Shown piece by piece: positions 9,194 to 19,007 of a stretch of 64,000 nt of DNA. The position numbers were made by a program, and so were the translations under genes. The notes beneath the pieces are model-generated. The model had not been told where the DNA came from, did no database searches, and saw only the letters and a program-made list of their open reading frames with translations. Each line of letters begins with the position of its first letter. Positions within the stretch are counted from its first letter, which is position 1. Origin of the DNA: an uncultured Solirubrobacterales bacterium (GTDB lineage: Bacteria > Actinomycetota > Thermoleophilia > Solirubrobacterales > Solirubrobacteraceae); NCBI GenBank assembly GCA_963750895.1, contig CAVVSD010000006.1:1443525-1507524 (forward strand). Reading direction: 5' to 3'.

Positions 9194-9701
9194 GGGCGGG
9201 AACGTCCCATCGTTCGCCCGGCGGGTCAACAAGCCGAAGGTGACCGCCGGGCGAAGCTGGCGCATCGGCGCGATCACAGAAGGGTCAACGACCGCGTCGC
9301 TCCCTGGGTGGAGCAGCAGGCTGCGCGGGCGATCCGGCGGCGACCCCGAGAATCGCGAACTCGGTGTTGACCGGGATCGTCCCACCGCTCGGCGGATGGG
9401 CGAGGTTCAGCGACAGGCGTCCCTCGTCCAGCAGATCGACCACTGCTCTGCGCGAGAAGCGACAGCCAAGAACGTCGCCGCGTGGCTTCCGCCGCATGCC
9501 AGGCGACGCCAACGAGGCTGGCGCCCCGACGCGCCGAGCCGCTTGCGCTTTCGCCTGACAGCAGCAGCGAAGCGGGCCCGCGCGCCGCTATCGCACTGCG
9601 CGACAAGCAGCAGCGAGGCCGGATGCTGAGCCCCGTCCATTGCGACAGTGGCCGGATGTCCGTCGATCGCCGCTGTTGCTTCGAAGCGGCAGCGACACGC
9701 C

Positions 9702-10016
9702 TCAGCGCCCCGCGGATATCTCTTCGGGTCGCGGATCGCGCGCGAACATCGAGCGTCGTTGCGACGATGCGCCGAACGAGGCAAAGTTCGCCCGCGCCTG
9801 GCTGAGACTGATGTGGTTCGGTCCGCCCGGTGCGTCAGGCCCTCCGTCGCGGCGGTTGTTGTCCGCGCGGTCGTCCTCCCAGCCGCACACAGCGCAAGTC
9901 TCGTAGTGGGACACGTTCAGCAGTGTGAGACAGCGGCAGCACTCGCACGCATGACGCGGAGCCTCGGCCAGTTCACGCATGAGTCTCTCGGACACGTCCT
10001 TCGCCCACGCCGGCAT
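9702..10016 (-). CDS. Cysteine-rich CPCC-domain small protein (island cargo)
   Basis: ACECCRCLTL...YETCAVCGWEDD...GGPNHISLSQARANFASFG matches the CPCC pattern. An upstream fragment MFNRSRRFELDDGRPLVVQWSGERFGWTVYVPGD in another frame suggests a disrupted longer gene. Confidence 0.5.
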   Translation of the reverse strand: MPAWAKDVSERLMRELAEAPRHACECCRCLTLLNVSHYETCAVCGWEDDRADNNRRDGGPDAPGGPNHISLSQARANFASFGASSQRRSMFARDPRPEEISAGR

Positions 10017-10453
10017 GCTCTGGGGGCCGACGTAGAGGACGTCGCGCGGATCGGCGTCGCGGCCAACGTCGGAGCCTTGGTATCGCCGGGTACGTACACA
10101 GTCCAGCCGAATCGCTCGCCGCTCCACTGCACGACGAGTGGGCGTCCATCATCGAGCTCGAACCGTCTGGATCGATTGAACACGCCAAGAACGTTAGAGC
10201 GGGCCGCTCACGCTTCGCCTGACACGCCCGCGAGCACGGCAGCGCATCGCATATCGCGATGCGCGACGAGCACTAGTACGCAGCGGAGCGTTCCTTCGGC
10301 GCCCGGCGGGCTCGGAGCGACGACGCCATCGAGAGACGACTCGACGACATCAAACGGCGCTGCCCGACCTTCGATACACCACGAGACTCCGCCGTGACGG
10401 TGAGGTGGGCTCCGGCGCGCCGAAGGCACTAGCTCCACCGATGTCGCCGCGGC

Positions 10454-10708
10454 TTAGGGAAGGTCCTCCTCGGTGACGTGCGCCTCGCAGCCAAGGCGCT
10501 GCGCCTCCGAGACCGCGTTGGCGCAGTACGCCTTCACGGCGGGGCTCGCACCCTCTGCCCGTTCCACGTCGTCGGACTCGAACTCGTGGGACTCGGTTCC
10601 GTCGAGCTTCTCGGGGGTCGAATCCACGCCGGCGCCGGAACCCGCCCCGCAACCCCACAGGACAGCGAGGAGCGCGGCGAGCGACAGGCGACACGACCGC
10701 GACATCAC
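10454..10708 (-). CDS. Small putative lipoprotein (island cargo)
   Basis: MMSRSCRLSLAALLAVLWGC carries a lipobox-like LWGC, followed by an acidic mature part of about 60 aa. Confidence 0.45.
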   Translation of the reverse strand: MMSRSCRLSLAALLAVLWGCGAGSGAGVDSTPEKLDGTESHEFESDDVERAEGASPAVKAYCANAVSEAQRLGCEAHVTEEDLP

Positions 10709-10791
10709 GAACGGACCGTAGCCCGCAGGCCCGGACGAGGTCGCAGTCCCGCGCGCCCGCGATGTGCGCCGTCAGGCAGTGCAGCGGGCGG

Positions 10792-12086
10792 TTAGAAGCG
10801 GCGGAACGGGGCCCCCTGTTCAGCTTCGAGATCCCGCCGCGCCCGCTCGGCGCGCCGTTGTCCTCGGATACGCGGTCTCATCCACGGGCCGTACACCTCA
10901 TCGAGCACCGCCTCGACCTTCTCGTACGACTCGCGGAACAGATGCGTGTACAGCCCGGTGGTGCCCTGCGCCTTGTGGCCCATGAGCTGCTCGACCTCGT
11001 GGCGGCGGATGCCGCCGGCCGCCAGGACTGACGCGTACGTGTGCCGCAGTTGGTGCCACATGCGGCCCTGGCGGCGTAGGCCGCAGCGCTCGTATGCCGG
11101 CCCGAGGAACAGCGTCGACGGCAGCGTTTCATTCCAGGGCCCGTCCGACGTCGGGTGGGTGAACACGAAGCCTGTCGCCTGGCGGTGCCGGCCGAGCAGC
11201 TGCGCGACGCCGCTGTAGAGCGGCAGCTCGCGCTCGCTGTCGTACTTGCAGCGCACGATCGAGGGCTCGCGCTTGCCGCCCTCCCCAGCTCGCCTCCAGT
11301 ACAGCTGCCCGCGAAGGTCCAATCGGCCGGACCCGAAGTCCAGCCACTCCCACTTCAGGCCGAGCAGCTCGTTGCGCCTGAGGCCGCTCGTCAGCGCGAG
11401 CAGCACCATCCCGACGTACGGCTCGGGTGTCGCGTCGAGCAGCGCGTAGGCCTCGGACACCTCGAGGTACTTCGCCGGCTTGCGCCGGACGTTGAGGTCG
11501 AGGACGTCGTGGCGGCTGCCGCCGCGGTGGCGCGCGCGGGTCGGCGAGCGCAGCGGGTTGTTCGCGATGTGCCCCTGCGAGACGGCGTCGGTGAGCATCC
11601 CGGACAGCACCGTGAGCGAGGCCTTGGCGGTGCCCTCGGTGAGACCCGCGGCGATCTTCGTGCGCAGGTACTGCAGGAGCAGCGGCTGGTCGATCGCGCC
11701 GAGCGGCAGCTTGCCGAAGGCGGGCTGCAGGTGCCGGCGCCAATCGCCCTCGTACTTGTTGTACGTGAGCGGCGACATCCGACCGAGCTCCACCTGTGCG
11801 GCGATGCGCTCGAACCACGGGCCGGCGAACTCCTCGACGTCACCGGACGGCTCGGCGGCAGGACCTGGCCGTGGACCACCTTCTCGCGCAGCTCGGCCAG
11901 GCGGCGCTCGAAGTCGGCGAGGTCCGCGATTCGCCAGCCCTGCTCGAGGTAGCCGAGACGCCGCTCGACGCGGGCGACGCGCGCCTGCACCGTCGGGCGG
12001 CACGAGCACAGATCCGAGCGCAGCATCTGCCCGCGGGCCGACGCCGGGCAGCGCTTCGCGTGATGCAGCCGCAGCGAGCCGCGCAT
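10792..12086 (-). pseudogene. Tyrosine-type site-specific integrase, frameshifted near codon 75
   Basis: Catalytic region LTSGLRRNELLGLKWEWLDF ... HQLRHTYASVLAAGGIRRHEVEQLMGHKAQGTTGLYTHL (R, H-x-x-R, H, Y). The N-terminal 75 codons (MRGSLRLHHAKRC...LAELREKVVHGQVLP) are in the frame of ORF 11391..12086 and the rest in the frame of ORF 10792..12264. The junction is near 11855-11865. Confidence 0.75.
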
Positions 12087-12095
12087 CAGCGGGCC

Positions 12096-12371
12096 TCAGA
12101 AGCGCCGCGGCAGGCGCCGTTCGACGATGCGAATCGTCGTCTTCCGCGCGGGAACGCCGCGCGCGTCGCGGACGAGCCGCTCGACGTCCTCCTCGGCGAA
12201 GCGCACGTAGCGCCGGCCCGGCAGCTTGACGCGCGGCAGCACGCCCTCGCGCCCGAGCTTCCACACGTAGCGCTCGGTGTAGCCGAGGCGCTCGGCGACC
12301 TGCGCGGCGGTGAGCAGTCGACCCGTCGTGTCCACTGCTCGGAGAGCGGGGCGCGAAGCTGCATCCCGCAC
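12096..12371 (-). CDS. Excisionase / MerR-type HTH DNA-binding protein
   Basis: LLTAAQVAERLGYTERYVWKLGREGVLPRVKLPGRRYVRFAEEDVERLV is a typical Xis HTH_17 pattern. It sits immediately upstream of the integrase. Confidence 0.65.
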   Translation of the reverse strand: MRDAASRPALRAVDTTGRLLTAAQVAERLGYTERYVWKLGREGVLPRVKLPGRRYVRFAEEDVERLVRDARGVPARKTTIRIVERRLPRRF

Positions 12372-12470
12372 GGAGCGATCCTCATCTAGCTTGTCTCCTC
12401 GGCGTCGTCGGTTGCGACCCGAGGTCTCAGACTTCAGAAAGCGCCTCTTTGCAGGGCTTTCTCTGATATC

Positions 12471-12484
12471 CTCAGATGTAGTAC
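12471..12484. repeat. Right copy of the putative att core (CTCAGATGTAGTAC)
   Basis: Contains the stop codon and last four codons (ATG TAC TAC ATC TGA, minus strand) of the Rrf2 gene. Confidence 0.5.
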
Positions 12485-12867
12485 ATCGCCACGCCCGCCT
12501 CGCGCACCTCGCGCTCGACGACGTCGGCGATCGTGGTCCGCTCCATCACGGCGCGGGCCGCTGCCGCGGCCTCGGCGAGGACGCCCTCGGCGTCGCGGCC
12601 GAACGGGCCGTCGAGGAGCTCGACGATCTGCAGGATCGTCACGCTCGCCGGCTCGGTGGCGAACGCGTAGCCGCCCTTCACGCCCCGCTGGGAGCGCAGG
12701 ACGCCGCCGCGGCGGAGGACCGCGAAGAGCTGCTCGAGGAACTGGACCGGGATCTCCCGCCTGCGGGCGAGGTCGCCGATCGGCACCGGGGTCTCGGTAC
12801 CGCCCGAGCGTGCGAGCTCGGTGAGCGCCTTGATGGCGTAGGGAGACTTCGTGGTGACGGAGATCAC
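12472..12867 (-). CDS. Rrf2 family transcriptional regulator
   Basis: MISVTTKSPYAIKALTELAR...PIGDLARRREIPVQFLEQLFAVLRRGGVLRSQRGVKGGYAF. Confidence 0.85.
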   Translation of the reverse strand: MISVTTKSPYAIKALTELARSGGTETPVPIGDLARRREIPVQFLEQLFAVLRRGGVLRSQRGVKGGYAFATEPASVTILQIVELLDGPFGRDAEGVLAEAAAAARAVMERTTIADVVEREVREAGVAMYYI

Positions 12868-12941
12868 GCGCGTCAGAGCCTAGTGCGCGTGGCCCTGCAC
12901 GGGTGTAGCGTCCGGCTACTCGACACAGGGAGGCCTGTCTC

Positions 12942-14165
12942 ATGTGCGATGTGGTCGGGAAGGCGTACGCCGCCGGGCTGTCGCGCCGGGGGTTCCTCGG
13001 CGCGAGCGGGGCCGTCGCGGCCGGGGCGCTGCTCGCGGGGGTGCCGGCGGGGGCTGCGGCGCACGCCGCCGAGGGCCCGAAGGGGCCCGCCCCGGTGACG
13101 CTGGGCAAGCCCCTGCAGGGCTACCGCACGCGCGTGGTGCTGCTCGGGACGGCGGGCGGGCCGGTCTGGTGGCCGAACACCGACCGCAAGGGCATCTCGA
13201 CCGCGATCGCGGTCGGCGACCGCGTCTACCTCGTCGACTGCGGCGACGGGTTCGGGCACCGGTTCCGCCAGACCGACCTCGCGGGCCCAACCCTGCAGAC
13301 GTCGGGGGCCACGACGCTGAACCGGCTTCAGGGTGTCTTCCTCACCCACCTGCACTCCGACCACGTCATCGACTACGCGAGCATCCCGGTGCTCGGGCTC
13401 TTCGCCGGGCTGCAGCAGCCGCGGCCCGAGCCGGTCCACGCGTTCGGTCCCGGCAACCGCGGTCGGCTGCCCGACGTCCTGCCGCCGGGTCGCCCGGCGC
13501 CGCCGGTCATCAGCCCCGCGAACCCGACCCCGGGCACGGCGGAGATGACGGAGCTCCTCTACGCGGCGTTCGCGACCGACCTCAACGACCGCATGCGCGA
13601 CAGCGGCGCGCCCGACCCGCACACGCGCTTCGTGCCGCACGACATCGCGCTGCCGGCGGGCTCGAACGACCCGACGAAGCACCCACCTCCCCGCGTGTCG
13701 CCGTGGCTCGTCCACGAGGACGACGCCGTGAAGGTCACGGCGACGTTGGTGGACCACGGCCAGGTGTTCCCGTCGTTCGGCTTCCGCTTCGACACCGACG
13801 ACGGCTCGATCGTCATCTCGGGCGACACGGCGCCGTCCGACAACCTCGTCGAGCTCGCCCAGGGCGCCGACGTGCTCTGCCACGAGGTCATCGACCCTGC
13901 CTACATCCAGCTGCTGTTCGGCCCGCCGCCGTATCCGCCCGACGTTCAGGCGATCGTCGACCACCTCATCAACGCGCACACCACCATCGAGGACGTCGGC
14001 CCGATCGCCGATCGCGCGGGCGTGCCCACGCTCGTCCTGCACCACTACGTGCCGGGCAACGGCACCCGCGAGACCTGGATGCAGGCCCAGGCCACCTACT
14101 CCGGACAGCTCGTCGTGGGCGAGGACCTCATGCAGATCGGCGTCGGCGCCCGGACGAAGGCCTGA
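12942..14165 (+). CDS. MBL-fold metallo-hydrolase with a twin-arginine (Tat) signal peptide
   Basis: LSRRGFLGASGAVAAGALLAGVPAGAAAHA signal; THLHSDHV zinc motif. Divergent from the Rrf2 gene. Confidence 0.8.
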   Translation: MCDVVGKAYAAGLSRRGFLGASGAVAAGALLAGVPAGAAAHAAEGPKGPAPVTLGKPLQGYRTRVVLLGTAGGPVWWPNTDRKGISTAIAVGDRVYLVDCGDGFGHRFRQTDLAGPTLQTSGATTLNRLQGVFLTHLHSDHVIDYASIPVLGLFAGLQQPRPEPVHAFGPGNRGRLPDVLPPGRPAPPVISPANPTPGTAEMTELLYAAFATDLNDRMRDSGAPDPHTRFVPHDIALPAGSNDPTKHPPPRVSPWLVHEDDAVKVTATLVDHGQVFPSFGFRFDTDDGSIVISGDTAPSDNLVELAQGADVLCHEVIDPAYIQLLFGPPPYPPDVQAIVDHLINAHTTIEDVGPIADRAGVPTLVLHHYVPGNGTRETWMQAQATYSGQLVVGEDLMQIGVGARTKA

Positions 14166-14171
14166 GACGCG

Positions 14172-14203
14172 ACCGGCCGCCTCGGGTTCCCGAGGCGGCC
14201 GGT
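14172..14203. terminator. 14-bp perfect-stem hairpin between convergent genes (possible bidirectional terminator)
   Basis: ACCGGCCGCCTCGG-gttc-CCGAGGCGGCCGGT, 7 nt after the 14165 stop and 25 nt before the 14229 stop. No clear U-tract. Confidence 0.45.
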
Positions 14204-14228
14204 GGCACGACGTGACTGCGGAGGCGGC

Positions 14229-15377
14229 CTAGAGCCAGCCGCGCTCCGTCGCGATGAGGACGGCCTGGGCGCGGTCGACAGCGCCGAGCTTGCCGTAGAT
14301 GTTGTGGAGGTGCGTGCGGACCGTGGAGGTCGAGAGCTTCAGCTCCAGCGCGATCTGCTTGTAGACCTTGCCCTCGGCGAGGCGCTTGAGCACCTCGAGC
14401 TCGCGCCCGGACAGCGGGCACGGGTCGATCTGCCGGCGCTGGCCGGTCGTCGGGTAGGGCAGGTCGTACATGACCGTGCGCAGCTCCGCCGGGCCGAGGC
14501 CGATCGAACGGGCCGTCTTGAGCAGCTCCGTCGGCGACACCTGGCTGCCCTGCGCGTAGTGCGCGAGCATGTCCGCGAGGCGGACGAAGGCGGCCTCGCC
14601 GATCGCGTCGTCGGCGTGGTGGCGCTCGATGACCGAGGCGACGGCCTTCGGCAGGCCCCACCGGCGGGCGAGGACGCCGCCGACCAGCGCGTGGTCGACG
14701 CCGAGCTCACGACGCTCGCGGTGGATGCGCTCCTCGGGCGTGCGGGCGTCGCGGTGCACCTGGCCGGGGTAGCCGGGGTACGCGTGCATGAGGACGAGCT
14801 TGCCGACGTCGTGCAGCAGCGCGGTGACGATGAGCCGGTCGCGGTCCTCGTAGCCGACCTCCTGCGCGATGCGGTCGGCGGCGCGCTGCGTCGCGACGGC
14901 GTGCAGGCGGAAGCGCTCGGGCGCGGCGTCCCACACGGAGGAGCGCTCGAAGAAGTCGAAGGTGCGTGCGCGGGTGGCGAGCGTGTGGACGGCCTCGGGC
15001 GAGAGCAGCTCGACGGAGGTGACGATCGACTCCACGCGACCGCGCGACTTGCCCTCGACCTGGTTGGCGAGGCGCAGGACGGCGATCACCAGCGCGACGT
15101 CGGACTCGACGGCGGCGACGACCTCGCCGGCGGAGACGCGCTCCTGCGACACCACGCGCAGAAGACGGTTGCGAGACTCGGCGAGAGCGGGGAACGCCTC
15201 GAGCGCCTCGAAGGCGGCCGTGAGGCGGCGACCGTGACCTTCGTTGTGTCGCCGCGAAGCACCGGCGCCTGACGGGGGCGCGATCGGGCCTCGTGGGCTC
15301 GGGGCGGGGGTGGACATGTTTGGCGCTTCCCTGCTTTCTTGGGGTGGAGATCCGGGTGTGGAGTCGTGCGGGGGCAC
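14229..15377 (-). CDS. HDOD-domain protein fused to a C-terminal LuxR-type HTH
   Basis: HDOD-like core (VVAAVESDVALVIAVLRLANQ...LLHDVGKLVLMHAYPGY) plus LSGRELEVLKRLAEGKVYKQIALELKLSTSTVRTHLHNIYGKLG. The true start may lie downstream of 15377. Confidence 0.7.
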   Translation of the reverse strand: MPPHDSTPGSPPQESREAPNMSTPAPSPRGPIAPPSGAGASRRHNEGHGRRLTAAFEALEAFPALAESRNRLLRVVSQERVSAGEVVAAVESDVALVIAVLRLANQVEGKSRGRVESIVTSVELLSPEAVHTLATRARTFDFFERSSVWDAAPERFRLHAVATQRAADRIAQEVGYEDRDRLIVTALLHDVGKLVLMHAYPGYPGQVHRDARTPEERIHRERRELGVDHALVGGVLARRWGLPKAVASVIERHHADDAIGEAAFVRLADMLAHYAQGSQVSPTELLKTARSIGLGPAELRTVMYDLPYPTTGQRRQIDPCPLSGRELEVLKRLAEGKVYKQIALELKLSTSTVRTHLHNIYGKLGAVDRAQAVLIATERGWL

Positions 15378-15540
15378 GGCGGTCGTGACCTGTTTATCGG
15401 CAGGTCTAGACGCTTGTTTGAGCCCAACCGCCCCCGCGGGTGGCCAAGTGGCCGATCCGGGGGCCGCGCACTGCTACACCCACCCGCTCATGGGCAGGTC
15501 ACCCACCCATCAGGGCTGGCGATTTTGCCGCTGAGCGGCG

Positions 15541-16867
15541 CTATCGAGCCAGCGCCGCGTCGATGCGCCGGAGCGCCTCGTCGTGGCCCAGGACGGAGAG
15601 CGTCTCGAAGATCCCGGGCGACACCGTCGTGCCCGCGACCGCGACGCGCAGCGGCTGGTAGACCTCGCGCGGCTTGCAGCCCCGCCGCTCGAGGACGCCC
15701 TGCAGCGCCTGCTCGATCCCCTCGACGCCGAACGGCTGGACGCCGTCCAGCGCGGCGCGCGCATCGCGCAGCGCCTCGGCGCCTCCGTCGGAGAGCCACT
15801 TCTCGCGTGCCGCCGGGTCGTCGGCCGGCCCGTCGAAGATGAACCCGGCGAGCGGCCAGAAGTCCTCGAGGGTCTGGATCTTCTCGCGCGAGATCTCCAC
15901 GGCGTCGCGCAGGCCGCTCCGGCCGGTGTGGCGCTCGAGCCGGCCCGTGAGCTGCTCGCCGCTCAACGCACGGATGTACCGCCCGTTCAGCCAGCGGAGC
16001 TTCTGCTCGTCGAAGCGTGCGGGGTTGTGCGAGACGCGCGTGATGTCGAAGCGATCGACGAGCTGCTCGGTGCCGAGGATGGTCTCGTCGTCGGGGTCGC
16101 CCCAGCCGAGCAGCGCGAGGTAGTTGCGCACCGCCTCGGGGAGGTAGCCCGCCGCCCGCAGCTCCTGCACCGACGCCGCGCCGTGGCGCTTGGAGAGCTT
16201 CTTGCCGTCCGGCCCGTGCAGCAGCGGCATGTGCGCGAACAGCGGCGGCTCGGCGCCCATCGCCTCCATGACCAGCAGCTGCTTGGGCGTGTTGGAGAGG
16301 TGGTCCTCGCCGCGGACGACGTGCGTGAACGCGCCGTCGACGTCGTCCACGGCCACCGCGAAGTTGTAGAGGACGCTCCCGTCCGCCCGTGGCGATGACG
16401 GGGTCGTCCTGGTGGACGTTCGCGAACGTCGTGTCGCCGCGGATGACGTCGTGGACGACCGTGGTCCCGTCGTCGGGCACCCGCAGGCGGATGGCGCCGT
16501 GCTCCTCGGGCTCGCCGCGGAACCCGCGGTCGGCACCGTGGCGCTCCTTGTAGGCCTTGACGTCGTCGGCGGTCGCCGACGAGTGGTAGGCCAGCCCGCG
16601 GTCGAGCAGGTCGCGCAGCACCTCGGCGTGGCGGTCCGCGTGGCTCGTCTGGAAATCGGGCCCCTCGTCCCAGTCGAGCTCCAGCCAGCGCAGGGCGTCG
16701 AGGATCTGCTCGACGTTCTCGGGTGTCGAGCGCTCCCTGTCGGTATCTTCGATGCGCAGCACCAGGGCGCCGCCCGAACCGCGCGCCATGAGCCAGTTGT
16801 AGAGCGCCGTGCGCGCGCCGCCGATGTGCAGGGCGCCGGTGGGCGACGGAGCGAAGCGAACGCGCAT
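15541..16867 (-). pseudogene. gltX: Glutamate--tRNA ligase with a single internal frame change (possibly a sequence error)
   Basis: [26 protein letters not shown]... (HIGH motif) down to ...HQDDPVIA is in the frame of ORF 15488..19051. [37 protein letters not shown]...KLSKRHG (KMSK-like) is in the frame of ORF 15541..16980. The junction is near 16390. Confidence 0.85.
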
Positions 16868-16885
16868 GACCACCACGCTACAGCC

Positions 16886-17758
16886 ATGCTGATCGGTGCC
16901 CACGTGTCCCCTGCGGGCGGGCCGGCGAAGGCCCTCGAGCGCGGCGACGAGCGCGGCTGCCGGTCGATCCAGATCTTCAACCAGAGCCCGCGGCAGTGGA
17001 AGCCGCACGCCTACTCCGACGACCAGCTCGCCGAGTACCGCGAGGCGATCGAGAGCTCGGGCGTGGAGGCGGTGCTCATCCACGCCGTCTACCTGCTCAA
17101 CCCGGCCAGCGACGACCCCGACATCCGCGAGAAGTCGCTCGCATCGCTCACGACGTCGCTGCGCGTGGGCGACGCGCTGGGCGCGGCCGGCGTCGTGCTG
17201 CACCCCGGGTCGGCGCTGAAGGGCGAGGTCGGGCCGGCGATCAAGCGCGCCGGCGAGGTCGTGAAGGAGGCGCTGGCGGAGTCGGGGTCCTGCGAGCTGC
17301 ACCTCGAGGACACCGCGGGCGCCGGCGGCACGCTGGGCCGCACGTTCGAGGAGCTCGCCAAGCTCCTGCGCGCCTGCGGGCGCAGCAAGCGCCTCGGCGT
17401 GTGCCTCGACTCCTGCCACCTGCTGGCGTCCGGCTACGACGTGCGCACGATCGAGGGCGTCGACGACGTCCTCGAGCGCTTCGACGCCGAGGTCGGCCTG
17501 GAGAAGCTGCGCTCCCTGCATCTCAACGACTCCCTGCAGCCGCTGGGCTCCAACCGCGACCGTCACGCGCCCGTGGGGAAGGGCGAGATGGGCGAGGACG
17601 GCTGCGCGGCGTTCCTGTCCGCCCCGGCGTTCGACGACCTGCCCTGCATCCTCGAGACGTCGGGCGACGGCGACCCGCCGGGCGGCCCCGCGCGCGAGCA
17701 GATCAAGCTCACCGAGAAGCTGCGCAAGCGCGGTCGCAAGGCGCGTGGGCTGAGCTAG
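16886..17758 (+). CDS. nfo: Deoxyribonuclease IV (endonuclease IV)
   Basis: [20 protein letters not shown]...[11 protein letters not shown]...[10 protein letters not shown]...[10 protein letters not shown]...[14 protein letters not shown]...LHLNDS. Confidence 0.85.
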   Translation: MLIGAHVSPAGGPAKALERGDERGCRSIQIFNQSPRQWKPHAYSDDQLAEYREAIESSGVEAVLIHAVYLLNPASDDPDIREKSLASLTTSLRVGDALGAAGVVLHPGSALKGEVGPAIKRAGEVVKEALAESGSCELHLEDTAGAGGTLGRTFEELAKLLRACGRSKRLGVCLDSCHLLASGYDVRTIEGVDDVLERFDAEVGLEKLRSLHLNDSLQPLGSNRDRHAPVGKGEMGEDGCAAFLSAPAFDDLPCILETSGDGDPPGGPAREQIKLTEKLRKRGRKARGLS

Positions 17759-17767
17759 CGCCGGCGC

Positions 17768-18988
17768 ATGCGGCTGCTGCAGCCCCTGCGCCGTCGGGAC
17801 TTCGCGCTGCTGTTCGCCGGCAGCACGATCTCCCTCATCGGCGACGGCGTCTACACCGTCGCGCTCGCGTTCCAGGTCTACGCGCTCGACAACTCGCCGG
17901 GCGCCCTGTCGCTCGTGCTCCTCGCCTACTCGGCCGGGCTCGTCGTGTGCGCGCTCGTGGCGGGCGTCGTCGTCGACCGGGTCGACCGCCGCGCGGTCAT
18001 CATCGTCGCCGATGCGCTGCAGCTCGTCGCGATCCTCGCGATGGGCCTGCTGTCGGTCGCGGGCACGCTCGAGGTGTGGCACTGCGCGCTGCTCGCGGTG
18101 TTCGTCGGGGCGGGGACCGCCTTCGTCAAGCCCGCTGCGACCGCGCTGCTCCCCCATGTCGTGCCGAAGGACGAGATCGTCGCGGCGACGTCGCTGGAGC
18201 AGTCCGCGCAGCAGGCCTCCTACGCGCTGCTCGGCCCGGCGCTGGGCGGCGTCCTCGTCGGGGCCGCCGGGCCGGGGACCGCGCTGGTCATCGACGCCGC
18301 GACGTTCGCGGCCTCGATCGGCGCGGTGTCCCTCCTGCGCACCTCCGCGCGCCCGCCCGCCCGCGAGGAGCCGGGCGACGTCATCCGCGAGATCCGCGAG
18401 GGCATCGCATACGTCCGCGGGCGCCAGTGGCTCTGGGGGACGCTGCTCGCCGCGTGCATCGCGGTGATGTGCATCGAGGGCCCGGTCGAGATCGCCCTCC
18501 CCTACGTCATCAAGAACGACTGGGGCAACGGCGCGAGCACCTACGGGGCGCTGCTCGCCGTCGCCGGGTTCGCAGGCATCGGCGCCTCGCTGGTCTTCGG
18601 CGCCCGCGGCCTGCCCCGGAGGCCGGTGACGGCGATGATGGTGCTCTGGGTGATCGGCATGCTCTCGATCGCGGGCTTCGGGCTCGTCGACGGGCTCGCC
18701 GCGGCGATCCCCTTCGCGCTGCTGCTCGGGATCGGGAGCGCCGGCGACACGATCTGGTTCGCGCTGCTGCAGACGCGCGTCCCCGGCGAGCTGCTGGGCC
18801 GCGTGTCGAGCCTCGACTGGATGCTCTCGTTCGCCCTCCTGCCCGTCTCCTACGCCCTGGCCGGCCCGCTCGCGGCGGCGCTGGGTGCCCGCGAGCTGCT
18901 CGCCCTGGCGGCGCTCGCGGGCACCGCGGTGGCCATCGGTCTGTTCATCGCGCTGCCCGGCCTGCGGGACCGCTCCGCGGACGCATAG
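17768..18988 (+). CDS. MFS transporter
   Basis: 406 aa, about 12 TM segments, with a DRVDRR motif after TM2. Confidence 0.8.
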   Translation: MRLLQPLRRRDFALLFAGSTISLIGDGVYTVALAFQVYALDNSPGALSLVLLAYSAGLVVCALVAGVVVDRVDRRAVIIVADALQLVAILAMGLLSVAGTLEVWHCALLAVFVGAGTAFVKPAATALLPHVVPKDEIVAATSLEQSAQQASYALLGPALGGVLVGAAGPGTALVIDAATFAASIGAVSLLRTSARPPAREEPGDVIREIREGIAYVRGRQWLWGTLLAACIAVMCIEGPVEIALPYVIKNDWGNGASTYGALLAVAGFAGIGASLVFGARGLPRRPVTAMMVLWVIGMLSIAGFGLVDGLAAAIPFALLLGIGSAGDTIWFALLQTRVPGELLGRVSSLDWMLSFALLPVSYALAGPLAAALGARELLALAALAGTAVAIGLFIALPGLRDRSADA

Positions 18989-19007
18989 AGGAGTAGCGTG
19001 CTCCCGG

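Larger units (their letters stand above)
6534..12484. mobile_element. Decayed integrative genomic island (integrase + excisionase at the right end), bounded by a 14-bp direct repeat
   Basis: CTCAGATGTAGTAC occurs at 6534-6547 and 12471-12484. Inner 10-bp inverted repeats GTCTGAGACC (6548-6557) and GGTCTCAGAC (12423-12432). The interior is visibly AT-richer, and the int/xis genes abut the right repeat. Confidence 0.55.

Noticed and set aside
12868-12941. Candidate Rrf2 operator in the Rrf2 / MBL-hydrolase divergent intergenic region
   Set aside because: Only a 5-bp inverted repeat (GTAGC-n5-GCTAC) is present, which is too short to distinguish from chance.
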